DNA of 64,000 bases. Origin: a virus. This document shows positions 45,077-55,187 of the stretch, in pieces. The notes beneath the pieces are model-generated. The model ran no database searches. It worked only from the letters and a program-made list of their open reading frames with translations, and had not been told where the DNA came from. The translations under genes were made by a program, and so were the position numbers. How positions within the stretch are numbered: the stretch's first letter is position 1; each line of letters opens with the position of its first letter. The stretch is taken from positions 1 to 64,000 of the IMG/VR virus record IMGVR_UViG_3300009184_005291. The stretch is one strand, 5' to 3'.

Positions 45077-46255
45077 ATGATTAAGCAAACTTGGGAAATA
45101 TCACAAGAAGAACGAAATAGAATTATTTCACTTCACGAATCCGCAACAAAGAATCTTTATTTAGTGTCTGAACAAAATACTGCCGAACCTGAAAAAGATT
45201 CAATTAGTTTGACCAAACGGGTTGAATTTCCAAGTGGATTTCATAGTTCATCTGCAGTAAATCTTGAAACCCTCATAGATTTGTCCAAAATTGAAGAATT
45301 CTTAAAAAAATATAAAGATAAAAAGATAGTTATTAAACTAAAGTCAAGTGAATCACAGGTTCCAAATAATGATAACGAGGTTACTCCAAAGAAAAGACTT
45401 AACCCTGGAGACCTTAGTAAAATGAGATATCAAACTATTCAAACTTTTATGACTGAATGGTTAAATGGTCTTGTTTCTAAAGGTATTATTTCTCAAGTTC
45501 CTAAATTTATAAACACTGAACCTCATATTGACACAACTACGCCTTGGGATCCAAAATCATCTCCTAAAGATCCAAAATATACTAAACATCAGTTTGTTGA
45601 GATTGAGGTAAACGCGGAAGGTCAGATAGAGCCGAAAAAAACTTTAACACCTGAGTTTCAGAAGGTCGAAACTTCGAGAACAGAATATTCAACGACAAAC
45701 AATTATAATACTGCTTTATTTTATAACTATAGTTATGCACCAGGTGCTGTCCTTGGTATGAGTCAGTCGGAAGCTGAGTCTTTGCCTGGAGCTTTATTAA
45801 CTATGAATAGGGAATTTGTACTTGATACTCCAGCACCAAAATTAAATCTACCATCATTCCCAATAAAAATAACCCCAAATGGTGGACAAACTGTACCCGT
45901 AATAGTTTTGAAACAAAAGAAAGGTAATGAAGTACCCGATTCACCAAATTATTGGATAAAATGGAACGCATATGTTTCAGACTCATATACCCTTGAAATT
46001 CCATTTCCGAAAGATAGTAAAGAATTTCAATCTGCTTGGCTATTCATGTATTTTTATATTAATTCACCAAATTCATTCCCTCAAGATTGGAAATTTATTG
46101 CAAACAAACCTGAAAATGTAGATTGGAATTTAGTTGATGTTGAATTACAAAGTGGCGGGGAACAAAAATACAGTAAGACTATCGCAACCCAAAAAGATGT
46201 ATGGAGTAAATATCCTATGGATTGGTATGCTAATATGGTAAAGAAAGTTTATTGA
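45077..46255 (+). CDS. hypothetical late protein
   Basis: Start moved to 45077 after TATTTAT; N-terminal ISQEERNRIISLHE leader. Confidence 0.7.
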   Translation: MIKQTWEISQEERNRIISLHESATKNLYLVSEQNTAEPEKDSISLTKRVEFPSGFHSSSAVNLETLIDLSKIEEFLKKYKDKKIVIKLKSSESQVPNNDNEVTPKKRLNPGDLSKMRYQTIQTFMTEWLNGLVSKGIISQVPKFINTEPHIDTTTPWDPKSSPKDPKYTKHQFVEIEVNAEGQIEPKKTLTPEFQKVETSRTEYSTTNNYNTALFYNYSYAPGAVLGMSQSEAESLPGALLTMNREFVLDTPAPKLNLPSFPIKITPNGGQTVPVIVLKQKKGNEVPDSPNYWIKWNAYVSDSYTLEIPFPKDSKEFQSAWLFMYFYINSPNSFPQDWKFIANKPENVDWNLVDVELQSGGEQKYSKTIATQKDVWSKYPMDWYANMVKKVY

Positions 46256-46260
46256 ATTCA

Positions 46261-46782
46261 TCAATTCAACGCAATAAAAGAGAAATAATAATGATTTTCA
46301 GTTTTTTGATAAGAAAGGTAAAATCTTTTTGTTTTCTCATCGAGAAGAAGTTCGTTGTGTGATTCGGAATGTTTCCATTTTAAGAAACAATATTTTACAA
46401 CATCGTATTCTGTCGAAGTTTCCATTGACATCTTGTTCAAGATTTCTTCGATTTCTTTTACGTTTGAAAACCAATTTCCTATTCCGTCTTTTTTAGGGAT
46501 ATTTATTTTCATAATATTTTCCCCCCCGTATGTAAAATCAGAAATATACGAATGTATATTTTCATTAAATCCATTGTGACTGTAATCTTCCACTATACTT
46601 TTACTACGTAAATCGGCAAATTCTTTCATAGAGTAATCGATTTTAACTGGATTCAATCCATTTGAACATCTATACTCATTTAAGATTTGTTCAAAATTAA
46701 TAATAATGGGAGTACTGTCATTATTTGGATTCTTGAACCCAAATAATAAAAATGAAAGCAATAGAATAACAATTTTTTTCAC
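46261..46782 (-). CDS. secreted CAP/SCP domain protein
   Basis: Signal peptide, NEYR..NGLNP, YSH, GEN, WKHSESHNELLL. Confidence 0.75.
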   Translation of the reverse strand: MKKIVILLLSFLLFGFKNPNNDSTPIIINFEQILNEYRCSNGLNPVKIDYSMKEFADLRSKSIVEDYSHNGFNENIHSYISDFTYGGENIMKINIPKKDGIGNWFSNVKEIEEILNKMSMETSTEYDVVKYCFLKWKHSESHNELLLDEKTKRFYLSYQKTENHYYFSFIALN

Positions 46783-46787
46783 AAAGA

Positions 46788-47012
46788 TTATTTTTTTTCA
46801 GTAAAGTGGTTATTCATTATTCTTAATGATTTAGAAACAATTTCAGATTCTTGTAATGAGAAAATTCTTGAATTGTGAGAGTATTCTAATGCTTTGATAA
46901 TCATGTAATATGCCTGTTCCAAGTTCATGTCATCACACAGGGTGTTTACATCGTTTGGAGTGTAATACGCGATACTATCGAATAGTAATCCTATTGGTTG
47001 TTTTTGTTCCAT
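46788..47012 (-). CDS. hypothetical protein
   Basis: 74 aa ORF. Confidence 0.6.
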   Translation of the reverse strand: MEQKQPIGLLFDSIAYYTPNDVNTLCDDMNLEQAYYMIIKALEYSHNSRIFSLQESEIVSKSLRIMNNHFTEKK

Positions 47013-47049
47013 TATTTTGAATTGACGGTATATTTATTGTTACAAAGTT

Positions 47050-47736
47050 ATGAAAAAAAATTCAATAAAAGAAGCGACAGGTTCTGGTAGTTCCGGAAAA
47101 TTTAAGGTACCTATTGTTCTTGCCCCACAGCCATGGGAAAAGAATCAATTAGCACCATTCACAGACCCTTTATATTCGTATACAAATGCCGAATTAGCCT
47201 ACGAAGAAGCGGACGGAGACTTCATAGAATCTCCTGAAAAAAGGGCTCAAATTGAAAAAAGAACTAAAAAATTATCTAAAATGACTGATTATTTGAAACA
47301 ATTTTATACTGGACAAAATGACGAAGAGGGATCGGCACTTAATCCAACTATGAGTGGTGACCCATTAAAAGAATCATTATTGAAAGAAGATTTGGCGGTT
47401 TGGTTCGGTACTAAGAAAAAACCTAAAGGATCGAAACAGCCTTCAGGACCATGGGTTAATATTTGTAGAAAAAAGGAAGGAGGAGGGCATCCTCCTTGTG
47501 GTAGACCTGAAGCAGATAGTAAGGGATATCCTAAATGTCGTGCTAAAGGAGTCGCCGCAAACATGACCGACGCCCAAAAGAAATCAGCATGTTCACAGAA
47601 AAGACGTGCCGAGAAAAAAGACCCCAAAGTTGGAACTGGAAACAAACCAACTATGACATCTTATAAACCAAAAAAATCCCAAAATGAATCATTAAGGGAT
47701 TTAATTCTTAAAATTTTGAAAGAAAACATTAGATAA
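47050..47736 (+). CDS. basic Cys-containing late protein
   Basis: LAVWF...WVNIC...PCGR...YPKCR module after LKE sites. Confidence 0.7.
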   Translation: MKKNSIKEATGSGSSGKFKVPIVLAPQPWEKNQLAPFTDPLYSYTNAELAYEEADGDFIESPEKRAQIEKRTKKLSKMTDYLKQFYTGQNDEEGSALNPTMSGDPLKESLLKEDLAVWFGTKKKPKGSKQPSGPWVNICRKKEGGGHPPCGRPEADSKGYPKCRAKGVAANMTDAQKKSACSQKRRAEKKDPKVGTGNKPTMTSYKPKKSQNESLRDLILKILKENIR

Positions 47737-48124
47737 GCTTTTCTAAAATTTTCTTCAGTGAGTGTTGTACTTGGCTATGCATTTCCTTTTCAAATTTCAT
47801 TCTTGCTTCTTCTACTTTGTTATCAAACATTCTGTTTAATTTCTCAGACATCAAATCAGAAACTACAATGTCGTAGTTATACACGTGATTTGTTATATTT
47901 ATCCTGTTTTCGTGAAGAACCACAAACATTTGTAGAAACTCATTTTTGATATATCTTTTTTGTGAGAGAGGGGCAATTAAAAATTTAGAACTTTCATGAT
48001 TGATTAACTTACGGCAAATTGAAGATGCAGTTTTTTCATTCTCATCAAGTTCTACTTGTGGTACAAGTTTTCTTTTGAATCTAATAAAAAATCTAGTCCA
48101 AATTTTTTTGAAGAATTTTTTCAT
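47729..48124 (-). CDS. hypothetical protein
   Basis: 131 aa ORF. Confidence 0.6.
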   Translation of the reverse strand: MKKFFKKIWTRFFIRFKRKLVPQVELDENEKTASSICRKLINHESSKFLIAPLSQKRYIKNEFLQMFVVLHENRINITNHVYNYDIVVSDLMSEKLNRMFDNKVEEARMKFEKEMHSQVQHSLKKILEKLI

Positions 48125-48209
48125 GATGATGGGTATGATTTGATAGTCTTACAAAAGTAATAAAATTCTTCGACAAAAAAAAGAAGAACCTAAATTCTTC
48201 TTTTTATTT

Positions 48210-48677
48210 TTAACAATAAGCCCCTGAGCAATGTTTTTTACCGTCTAAACCCGGCATCTTACCTTTACATACTTGGACTCCATAACCGTTCGAATAAGCG
48301 GAAGGAAAAACTTTGAATTTCCCTTTCGCAGCCGCGAGTCCTCTAGCACAAAGTTTGGTTCCAGTTTTCTTTCTACCTTCAGTCATTTCTTCATAATCAA
48401 CATATTGGTCCATTTTTCTTTTCTCATTCATTATGAAATCAAAAACTTGGTCCATGTTTGTCTTTGCTTCTGAAACGTGGTCGTCAGCCCAATCATGTCC
48501 ATCTTGTATAATTTGGTCAATCATTTCTTCATCCATTTCTAATAACATTTTACACTGTCTGGCAATTTGTTTTAGGTTACTGAAGAACATATAATTTTCA
48601 GTTTCTTGTTGTTCACTCAAAACTCGTTTAACTAAATGTGATAAATCCTTTTCTGTTAATTTCACTATTTTACTCAT
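48210..48677 (-). CDS. probable head-associated protein
   Basis: N-terminal IVKLTEKDLSHLVKRVLSEQ; C-terminal basic LCARG...FPSAYSNG module. Confidence 0.65.
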   Translation of the reverse strand: MSKIVKLTEKDLSHLVKRVLSEQQETENYMFFSNLKQIARQCKMLLEMDEEMIDQIIQDGHDWADDHVSEAKTNMDQVFDFIMNEKRKMDQYVDYEEMTEGRKKTGTKLCARGLAAAKGKFKVFPSAYSNGYGVQVCKGKMPGLDGKKHCSGAYC

Positions 48678-50182
48678 GATTGTTTTGTATTTACGATTGA
48701 AAATGTTAATTGTCTCTTATAAGTATCTTTTTCTCCTGAAGTGTTCACTTGAATATCAACAAAATATTGATTTGGAATTTTGTCTCTCATATCAAATATG
48801 AAGTAATATTCATTTGGTGTTCTGTTCAATGGAGTCCAATCTTGTACTAATACTTCAGTTGTTCCTTCCATTACATAAACTCTGTAGAACCCTGAAACAT
48901 CCAATAGAAGTACCTGTCCTGTGTATGCCTTTTTGATTGTTACTCCAACTTTTCTGATATCAGTATTAAGTATCTTTTCGTTTTGTAAGATACCATAGAA
49001 ATCAAATCCAAATATTTCAGGTTCTTTAGACACTGAACCGATTTGGATACCTGAGGTATATGGTTGTAATGTAAATTGATTAGTCACATTAGGGATAGAT
49101 TGTCCATTGATTGTAAGACCTGACCATACATCATAAAAAATACATGGTGTTGGATAGTTGGAAAACCCATTTGGAACGGTTACTTCATAAACACCTTTGG
49201 TTTTTAGACAGGTGGTTAAGGAACCCATACCCGCCACTGCGGTACCATTTCTATCTTCAATTCTTACAAAAGGGTCTGAATCAAGATTCGCGAAATCCCC
49301 ATTTTGATAAACGTATAAGAATAACTTATTTTCCTGATTTTTTAAGAATAGATTTCTATCATCCGTAATTAAGTCATTGTAATTTGTTAATAGATATGGT
49401 TGATAAAATGTTTGAGTGTGTCTTGAAAAGAACGCCACACTATAACTTTCTGTTAGGCCTGTAATATTTTCTATTTGAGGGAGATATGATATACCCCAAC
49501 CTGTGACTCCAGTTATTGACCCATTTAATATACCGTTGATTTCATTGGTCATATCCATATTCAAATCTTCGTTTCCGAGTTCGAAATGTTGTCTTGCGAC
49601 GATGGTCAAACCTGAATAGTTTACAGCCCCTTCATTCTTATTGTTGTAGATACCATTTTGAGACCATCCAGAGAGAGTTGTCGTTTGATACCAGTTAGAT
49701 GGTCGTGTAGAATATGCTCGACTGTCAACGTACGTTAAAGGGGAAATTCCACCGTTCGCACTATTTTGTGCAATATTGAAATCATTGTAATCATACCCTA
49801 CACCTTCATCCCACAATTGTGGATTACCTGTTGCTCCTGAAAATTTGGGGATTCTCCATAATATTAAGTCGAACGAGGTCGATCTTCTTCTTTCGTTTGA
49901 CATGAATGAATTTAATAATTCATTATCAAATGATGACGTGTTTGTCATTTGGAGAGTGTGTGTCATTGCTGAAGTACACCCTGTAGATATAACACCTGAA
50001 CTTATGTTTTCTTCTAATAAAGATAAATCTAAATCAAAGATAAATCTTGTGTAACCAAAGTTTGGGACAATTAAATCCGAAGCACCAAAATTCAACTCAA
50101 TTACAGGGTTTCTACCCGTATTTACGTATGAGTTTGAAATGATGGTATTGTTTTTATTTATATAAGACCTTAAGATTGACAT
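48674..50182 (-). CDS. probable virion structural protein (beta-rich)
   Basis: 502 aa, Thr/Gly/Asn-rich, late motif upstream. Confidence 0.6.
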   Translation of the reverse strand: MSILRSYINKNNTIISNSYVNTGRNPVIELNFGASDLIVPNFGYTRFIFDLDLSLLEENISSGVISTGCTSAMTHTLQMTNTSSFDNELLNSFMSNERRRSTSFDLILWRIPKFSGATGNPQLWDEGVGYDYNDFNIAQNSANGGISPLTYVDSRAYSTRPSNWYQTTTLSGWSQNGIYNNKNEGAVNYSGLTIVARQHFELGNEDLNMDMTNEINGILNGSITGVTGWGISYLPQIENITGLTESYSVAFFSRHTQTFYQPYLLTNYNDLITDDRNLFLKNQENKLFLYVYQNGDFANLDSDPFVRIEDRNGTAVAGMGSLTTCLKTKGVYEVTVPNGFSNYPTPCIFYDVWSGLTINGQSIPNVTNQFTLQPYTSGIQIGSVSKEPEIFGFDFYGILQNEKILNTDIRKVGVTIKKAYTGQVLLLDVSGFYRVYVMEGTTEVLVQDWTPLNRTPNEYYFIFDMRDKIPNQYFVDIQVNTSGEKDTYKRQLTFSIVNTKQS

Positions 50183-50203
50183 TTATCTTTTAACTAATAA
50201 ATA

Positions 50204-51739
50204 TCAATTAAGTCTAATATTTTTACTTAGAATTTTGTTAACCGCATTATTGAGTTCGGTTAGAATTGTTTGTGTGTTTGTTCCTTCTTGAGTTACGGGT
50301 ACTGGCGGAAGACCTGGATATGCGTGAGTGTGAGTTACCAAGAATTTTACAATCAAATTAATTAATTCCAAAAGTTCCTCCCCCCTAACCATACTTGAAG
50401 TTTTTGGTAATAATTCTTTTGTAAATTTTTCAGGACTTATACCATATAAAGTATCATCAAAGTTTATCTTACCCTTACCCGGAATTTGCGAGTTGTGAGA
50501 TACCAAGAATAAAACATCACTTCCCAAAGCACCATATGAAGATTCTTGATTAACATACTTTTGTTGGGGGACTACAAATTTTTTCGGAGTTCTTGGAGTT
50601 CCAACTTTTCCTTTTGCATAAATTAAACCATAACCACCTTTCAGAGCGGGATCCAATTTAATCCCTTTGTAAATGTCACTAATGTTACTAACTTCTATTG
50701 GTGTTGCAGATGAACCTAACGGTGTTGATGGGTTCAACTTTGAATACATAAGTGGACTTGGTCTGTAATAAATCGGAAATTTATTACTTGCGTTATTATC
50801 GTTGAATAACCTCACACCACTTTTAGTTACGTCTGTTTCATTACAAGTTTTTATAAAGTTATTAATAAATTTGATAGTTTCTGATTTGGACAACATTGCG
50901 AACGATTCAATTGCGACCAATTTTTTAAGGTTTTCAGAAATTTCGCTGTCCACTGAAATAAATTTGGAATTGATTAAAGGGTTTGGTTTTAATTGATATA
51001 AATAAACCGAACCTGAAAATTTGTCCTGAGTGTTCTCTGGGTTTGTAACTACCCATTCAATTAAATATTTGGTTAATAAAACATCTTCTTGTAATTCAAA
51101 ATAAACTTTCGGATCTAAATTTTGTAAGGTACTTTGAAACTTTGAAAGTTGTAAAAACCCTCTTTGTTGATTTGCAACAGGTATTACATTTGGTTGTAAT
51201 TGTTCCCCTTTGAATTTACCGGCTCTGATTAAAATTTCATCTTGTTTAACAATTACGTCAGCACTTCCCCGTCCCAAAAGAGCGTTGTCCCCTGGTTGTG
51301 GAAACACACCTTTATGGACTGACTGATCAGTAAATGTTCCATCTTGATTTTTTAATGGCTTAGGGTTTTTGATTTGCATACCTGTACCTGTGAATTTATT
51401 TCCTCCGAAATAATATTCGTTGAAGGTCGCGGTTGGGCTTGAAAACGTATTTTGAACGTAATACTGATTTTGGTACTGGAAATCTTTGTTTACATAAATT
51501 ACTTGGACTAATTCGTTAACTTTTGGAACTGAATATACAAAGTATGGTAGTAGAGCGTTAAATACTAAAGGGTCTCTTGAGGTCCATATATCTTTTTCTT
51601 CGTTCCATGGTGGATCAGAAATGCCTTTCAATATGTCATCATAGTTGTCAATAAGTCTAATACCTCTGATACGACCCAACATCATAGGGTCTTCAGTATT
51701 TAATACTCTACATTGAAAAAATATTGAGTTATCTTTCAT
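50204..51739 (-). CDS. baseplate hub/spike-like protein (gp5/VgrG-like)
   Basis: N-terminal DPMMLGRIR...PKVNELV OB-fold pattern; C-terminal HTHAYPG. Confidence 0.6.
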   Translation of the reverse strand: MKDNSIFFQCRVLNTEDPMMLGRIRGIRLIDNYDDILKGISDPPWNEEKDIWTSRDPLVFNALLPYFVYSVPKVNELVQVIYVNKDFQYQNQYYVQNTFSSPTATFNEYYFGGNKFTGTGMQIKNPKPLKNQDGTFTDQSVHKGVFPQPGDNALLGRGSADVIVKQDEILIRAGKFKGEQLQPNVIPVANQQRGFLQLSKFQSTLQNLDPKVYFELQEDVLLTKYLIEWVVTNPENTQDKFSGSVYLYQLKPNPLINSKFISVDSEISENLKKLVAIESFAMLSKSETIKFINNFIKTCNETDVTKSGVRLFNDNNASNKFPIYYRPSPLMYSKLNPSTPLGSSATPIEVSNISDIYKGIKLDPALKGGYGLIYAKGKVGTPRTPKKFVVPQQKYVNQESSYGALGSDVLFLVSHNSQIPGKGKINFDDTLYGISPEKFTKELLPKTSSMVRGEELLELINLIVKFLVTHTHAYPGLPPVPVTQEGTNTQTILTELNNAVNKILSKNIRLN

Positions 51740-51938
51740 TTCTATCTTGATAAACTTTTAATACTTTATTATACAATTCTTCAACACTATCTAAATAGAA
51801 AGTACTTTTAATTATAGATTCTTTTGTAGAATCAAAATCTGAAGATAACAAATCTAAATATTCCACCAATTTTGTGTTTGGTAAATCTTTTAGGCTTGAT
51901 TGGCTATCCAATATTTCCTTAAATTTTTCGTCTTTCAT
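51729..51938 (-). CDS. hypothetical protein
   Basis: 69 aa ORF in operon. Confidence 0.6.
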   Translation of the reverse strand: MKDEKFKEILDSQSSLKDLPNTKLVEYLDLLSSDFDSTKESIIKSTFYLDSVEELYNKVLKVYQDRNER

Positions 51939-51940
51939 AT

Positions 51941-54049
51941 TTATAATTTTTTTCCAAAACCGAGTAAACCTACATTAGCAATTTCAATTTTTCCATTTTC
52001 AGATTCCTCTTGGTCAACAGCTTTATTTGTCGCTAAATTGTATAGTAACATTAAATTAGGTGAACCATCTGGTAAAGTTCCGGTTGGAACACCTAGTCCT
52101 TGTAAAAGTTGAATAGCATTTATTGTTGCCCTTTCAGGTGAATAACCTGGTAATACACTAGATAATAATAAGAGTGGTAGTGGGATTTCATTTCGTAGAG
52201 GAGTATTTGCATTCAAACCTTGACCCACTAAGTTCAATAGAAGTAATATATTATCCAAAAGACTTTTACATTTTCTATAATCATTTACTAATTGTGATAC
52301 TATCAAAGCAAGTTGTGCCAATCTTAAAATTATTGCGTATTTTTTCAATAATTTAGATCTCGAAATATCAGATATTATTATGGAAACTAAATTAACAATA
52401 TCTTTTTTTAATATTTCATAAAGAACTTGTAAAAACTCAGCGTTTATTTGAGAAATGACCTGAATAGAAAACGCTTTATATTTTTTCAAAAAATCCTCCC
52501 CACTGTTAACAATATTACTACCTTGTTTTCCAACATCCGATCCATCGTTTCCTATTGTTGATAAGGATTCATTAGCATCAGTTGTAGTTTCATTAACTTC
52601 AGTCACCGCTTGATTATACGTAAAGGTTGCACCTGATTGTATTACGGATAATAAAGTATAAAGTGGTAGTAAATTTTTTGGAGTTAATACTGCCGAAGCA
52701 ACTGCTAAAGGTATTTTCTTGATGACATTTTTATCTATCGATACTTTCACATTCAAGTTTGCTGGCGCGGTAATGGACCAATCAGGATTATCTGAAATAG
52801 AATCAATAATTTGACCAAGAATTTCAACTTGTTGTTCTACGGTATTTCCACTTTCAGTATTTCTAAAATTAATTAATTCATCAATCAAAACTTCAGAATT
52901 CACAGGAAGTTTTATGTTATCACAATCCTCAAATTCAATAATACCATTTTGAACATTTGAAATTTCGATGTCGATATTTCTTAAATCAATTTCATTAAGT
53001 TCAAAAAATGAATCATCAACACCATCTAATTCGGCGACTTTGGCAACTCCACTAACATCTATTTCCCTTCTGTCATCAAAACATAACCCTAAAATTCTCT
53101 GTACTATTAGAGAAAATCTGGATTGGTTATTTATTTCTCCAAATCCAACTTGGGCGTTATAATTAATTGCCCCCGAAATAATATTGACAATTTGAGCACC
53201 AATATCAACCGAATCCACCAATTTAATTGTACTGTAATAATCGGAAATAAACTCTCCAACATTATTTGTTATATTACCAGAATTATCTTCTCTATCAATT
53301 AAAAATACTCTGTAATAATCACCAGTTACACCAAAACTATTGGTGTTAGTATATTGTAAATCAAAAAGGTCTTGTCCTGATTTCCCTAAATAATTTTTCC
53401 CATTTATTTGATTAAACGACCTTCCAGCATTATCGGAAGTCATCATATTGAATAATTGTTTATTCATTGGGAATGGTTCAGGCCCACCATACGGTCGAAA
53501 TATTGGATCGGCAGACGGGTCTGGTTTTTCATAATATATTTTACCAAAATTAGTTTCTGGAGACTGCTTTAGATTTGAAAAAAAATCTAAAGAATTGACT
53601 GGTATATATATTCCTTCTTGTTGTGGTCTTAAAGGGATTGGTTGTAATGATAAACTTTCCGAAGATACTCCGTTATAAGTTTGTTCAATAGAGCATCCAA
53701 GAGCTTTGATTGTTTCTGTTTTAAGAATACCTGAAACTTTTGGTTCTATTTTAGCTGCGGCCTCTAATATTTTTGTTCTAAGATATCTTAGTGTGGCATT
53801 TCCATTCCCTTGAGTTTGCCCTAAAAATCCCAATAGTTGATCCATAGAATTTGGTGGGTTTCTTTGGAATCGTTTTTGGAATTCACTTACTTTGTCGAGT
53901 TGACTCGAAATTTGAGAAGTTGCATCAGACGCAGAATTTCCCAATTTACCTAATAAACCTTTTTCAGAAGTAGATACCTCTCTATAGGTTTTATAGGCAT
54001 CAATTTTACTTTGAATTGATTGTTGAGTTGAATTTATATCTAATGGCAT
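51941..54049 (-). CDS. large hypothetical (probable structural) protein
   Basis: 702 aa ORF. Confidence 0.7.
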   Translation of the reverse strand: MPLDINSTQQSIQSKIDAYKTYREVSTSEKGLLGKLGNSASDATSQISSQLDKVSEFQKRFQRNPPNSMDQLLGFLGQTQGNGNATLRYLRTKILEAAAKIEPKVSGILKTETIKALGCSIEQTYNGVSSESLSLQPIPLRPQQEGIYIPVNSLDFFSNLKQSPETNFGKIYYEKPDPSADPIFRPYGGPEPFPMNKQLFNMMTSDNAGRSFNQINGKNYLGKSGQDLFDLQYTNTNSFGVTGDYYRVFLIDREDNSGNITNNVGEFISDYYSTIKLVDSVDIGAQIVNIISGAINYNAQVGFGEINNQSRFSLIVQRILGLCFDDRREIDVSGVAKVAELDGVDDSFFELNEIDLRNIDIEISNVQNGIIEFEDCDNIKLPVNSEVLIDELINFRNTESGNTVEQQVEILGQIIDSISDNPDWSITAPANLNVKVSIDKNVIKKIPLAVASAVLTPKNLLPLYTLLSVIQSGATFTYNQAVTEVNETTTDANESLSTIGNDGSDVGKQGSNIVNSGEDFLKKYKAFSIQVISQINAEFLQVLYEILKKDIVNLVSIIISDISRSKLLKKYAIILRLAQLALIVSQLVNDYRKCKSLLDNILLLLNLVGQGLNANTPLRNEIPLPLLLLSSVLPGYSPERATINAIQLLQGLGVPTGTLPDGSPNLMLLYNLATNKAVDQEESENGKIEIANVGLLGFGKKL

Positions 54050-54052
54050 AGT

Positions 54053-54421
54053 TTATCTCATTTTGTATGATTCCTCATCTTTGGAAACATCTTTTTCAAT
54101 GAGATTCTGTATTAAATCATCGTCTAAGTCTGCAAGAGAGAATGATTCCTCTTTGTTGTTATTTGATTTCTCCCAAATACTTGACTGTAGTTTTGATAAA
54201 CTAATTTTTTTCTCTACACAATCGTTTACAATTTTTTGTTGTTTTTCGATTACAGGACCAATAGTAGTCATGTCGGAAGGTTCTTTCAATAACGCCAACA
54301 TTTTATTTTGAATTCTAATGGCAGTCTGTCTTTGCTCAACAAGTTCATTATAGATTTCTTGCATGAGTGATAATATAGAATCTTTAGTGAAATTGATTTC
54401 TTTTCTTTGAGGTCTCGGCAT
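54053..54421 (-). CDS. hypothetical coiled-coil protein
   Basis: 122 aa ORF with late motif upstream. Confidence 0.65.
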   Translation of the reverse strand: MPRPQRKEINFTKDSILSLMQEIYNELVEQRQTAIRIQNKMLALLKEPSDMTTIGPVIEKQQKIVNDCVEKKISLSKLQSSIWEKSNNNKEESFSLADLDDDLIQNLIEKDVSKDEESYKMR

Positions 54422-54440
54422 ATCTATAAATACTTTTTTA

Positions 54441-55187
54441 TCAGTTTTTAATTTTTGACTGAATTACTATATATAATTTTTTGAATCTTTTAATAGAACT
54501 ACGTATTTCTTTGGTGCTCAAATTAGTCATTTCTCTTAAGGATAAAAGAATAACATTTTTGTTGAATTTATTATTATCCGCACCTGAGAATATTGATTCG
54601 TAATTATCAAACAAATCAATTAGAGCATATCCTAATTTCTTTTCATTATCGTTTAGTTGTTCTGATTCGATATAATCTTTTAGCTCCTCCAAATATTTAT
54701 TGATAACATAATCAGTTTCAATAATATCATCATCTATTCGATAAGACATATCAGGTCTTTCTTCAAGACTTGATGAAATATCTTCATATGATATTTTTCT
54801 ATTAGTTTCTTTTTGGTCTTTTATAATCTGTCCCATCAGATAATTTTTACAGATAGTACCAAAATAAGAATAAGCCTTTTTGTTTTTATCAGGCTTAAAC
54901 TTGTCGACTTTAGTCATCAGAAATGAATGAGTATCTGTATGAATTTCCTCAAAATCCATATCTTTACGATATAACTTGTATCGTCGTATGATTGAGGAAA
55001 TCATTTTATCTAAAGGTAACCTTAAAAATTGATTATATATTTTATTCTTTTCGTATGAAGTTTCGGCGATTAGAAAGTTTCTAACCGCCTCTTCTTCTCT
55101 TACATCAAAATAATTTTCTTTAACCGCCTTTCTACCTCTTTTTTTTGATAAAACATCCTCTGTGGTAGCAGAGAGTGAATTTAGCAT
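54441..55187 (-). CDS. sigma-factor-like protein (gp55-type late sigma candidate)
   Basis: Region-2-like KFKPDKNKKAYSYFGTICKNYL; C-terminal HTH-like segment. Confidence 0.7.
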   Translation of the reverse strand: MLNSLSATTEDVLSKKRGRKAVKENYFDVREEEAVRNFLIAETSYEKNKIYNQFLRLPLDKMISSIIRRYKLYRKDMDFEEIHTDTHSFLMTKVDKFKPDKNKKAYSYFGTICKNYLMGQIIKDQKETNRKISYEDISSSLEERPDMSYRIDDDIIETDYVINKYLEELKDYIESEQLNDNEKKLGYALIDLFDNYESIFSGADNNKFNKNVILLSLREMTNLSTKEIRSSIKRFKKLYIVIQSKIKN

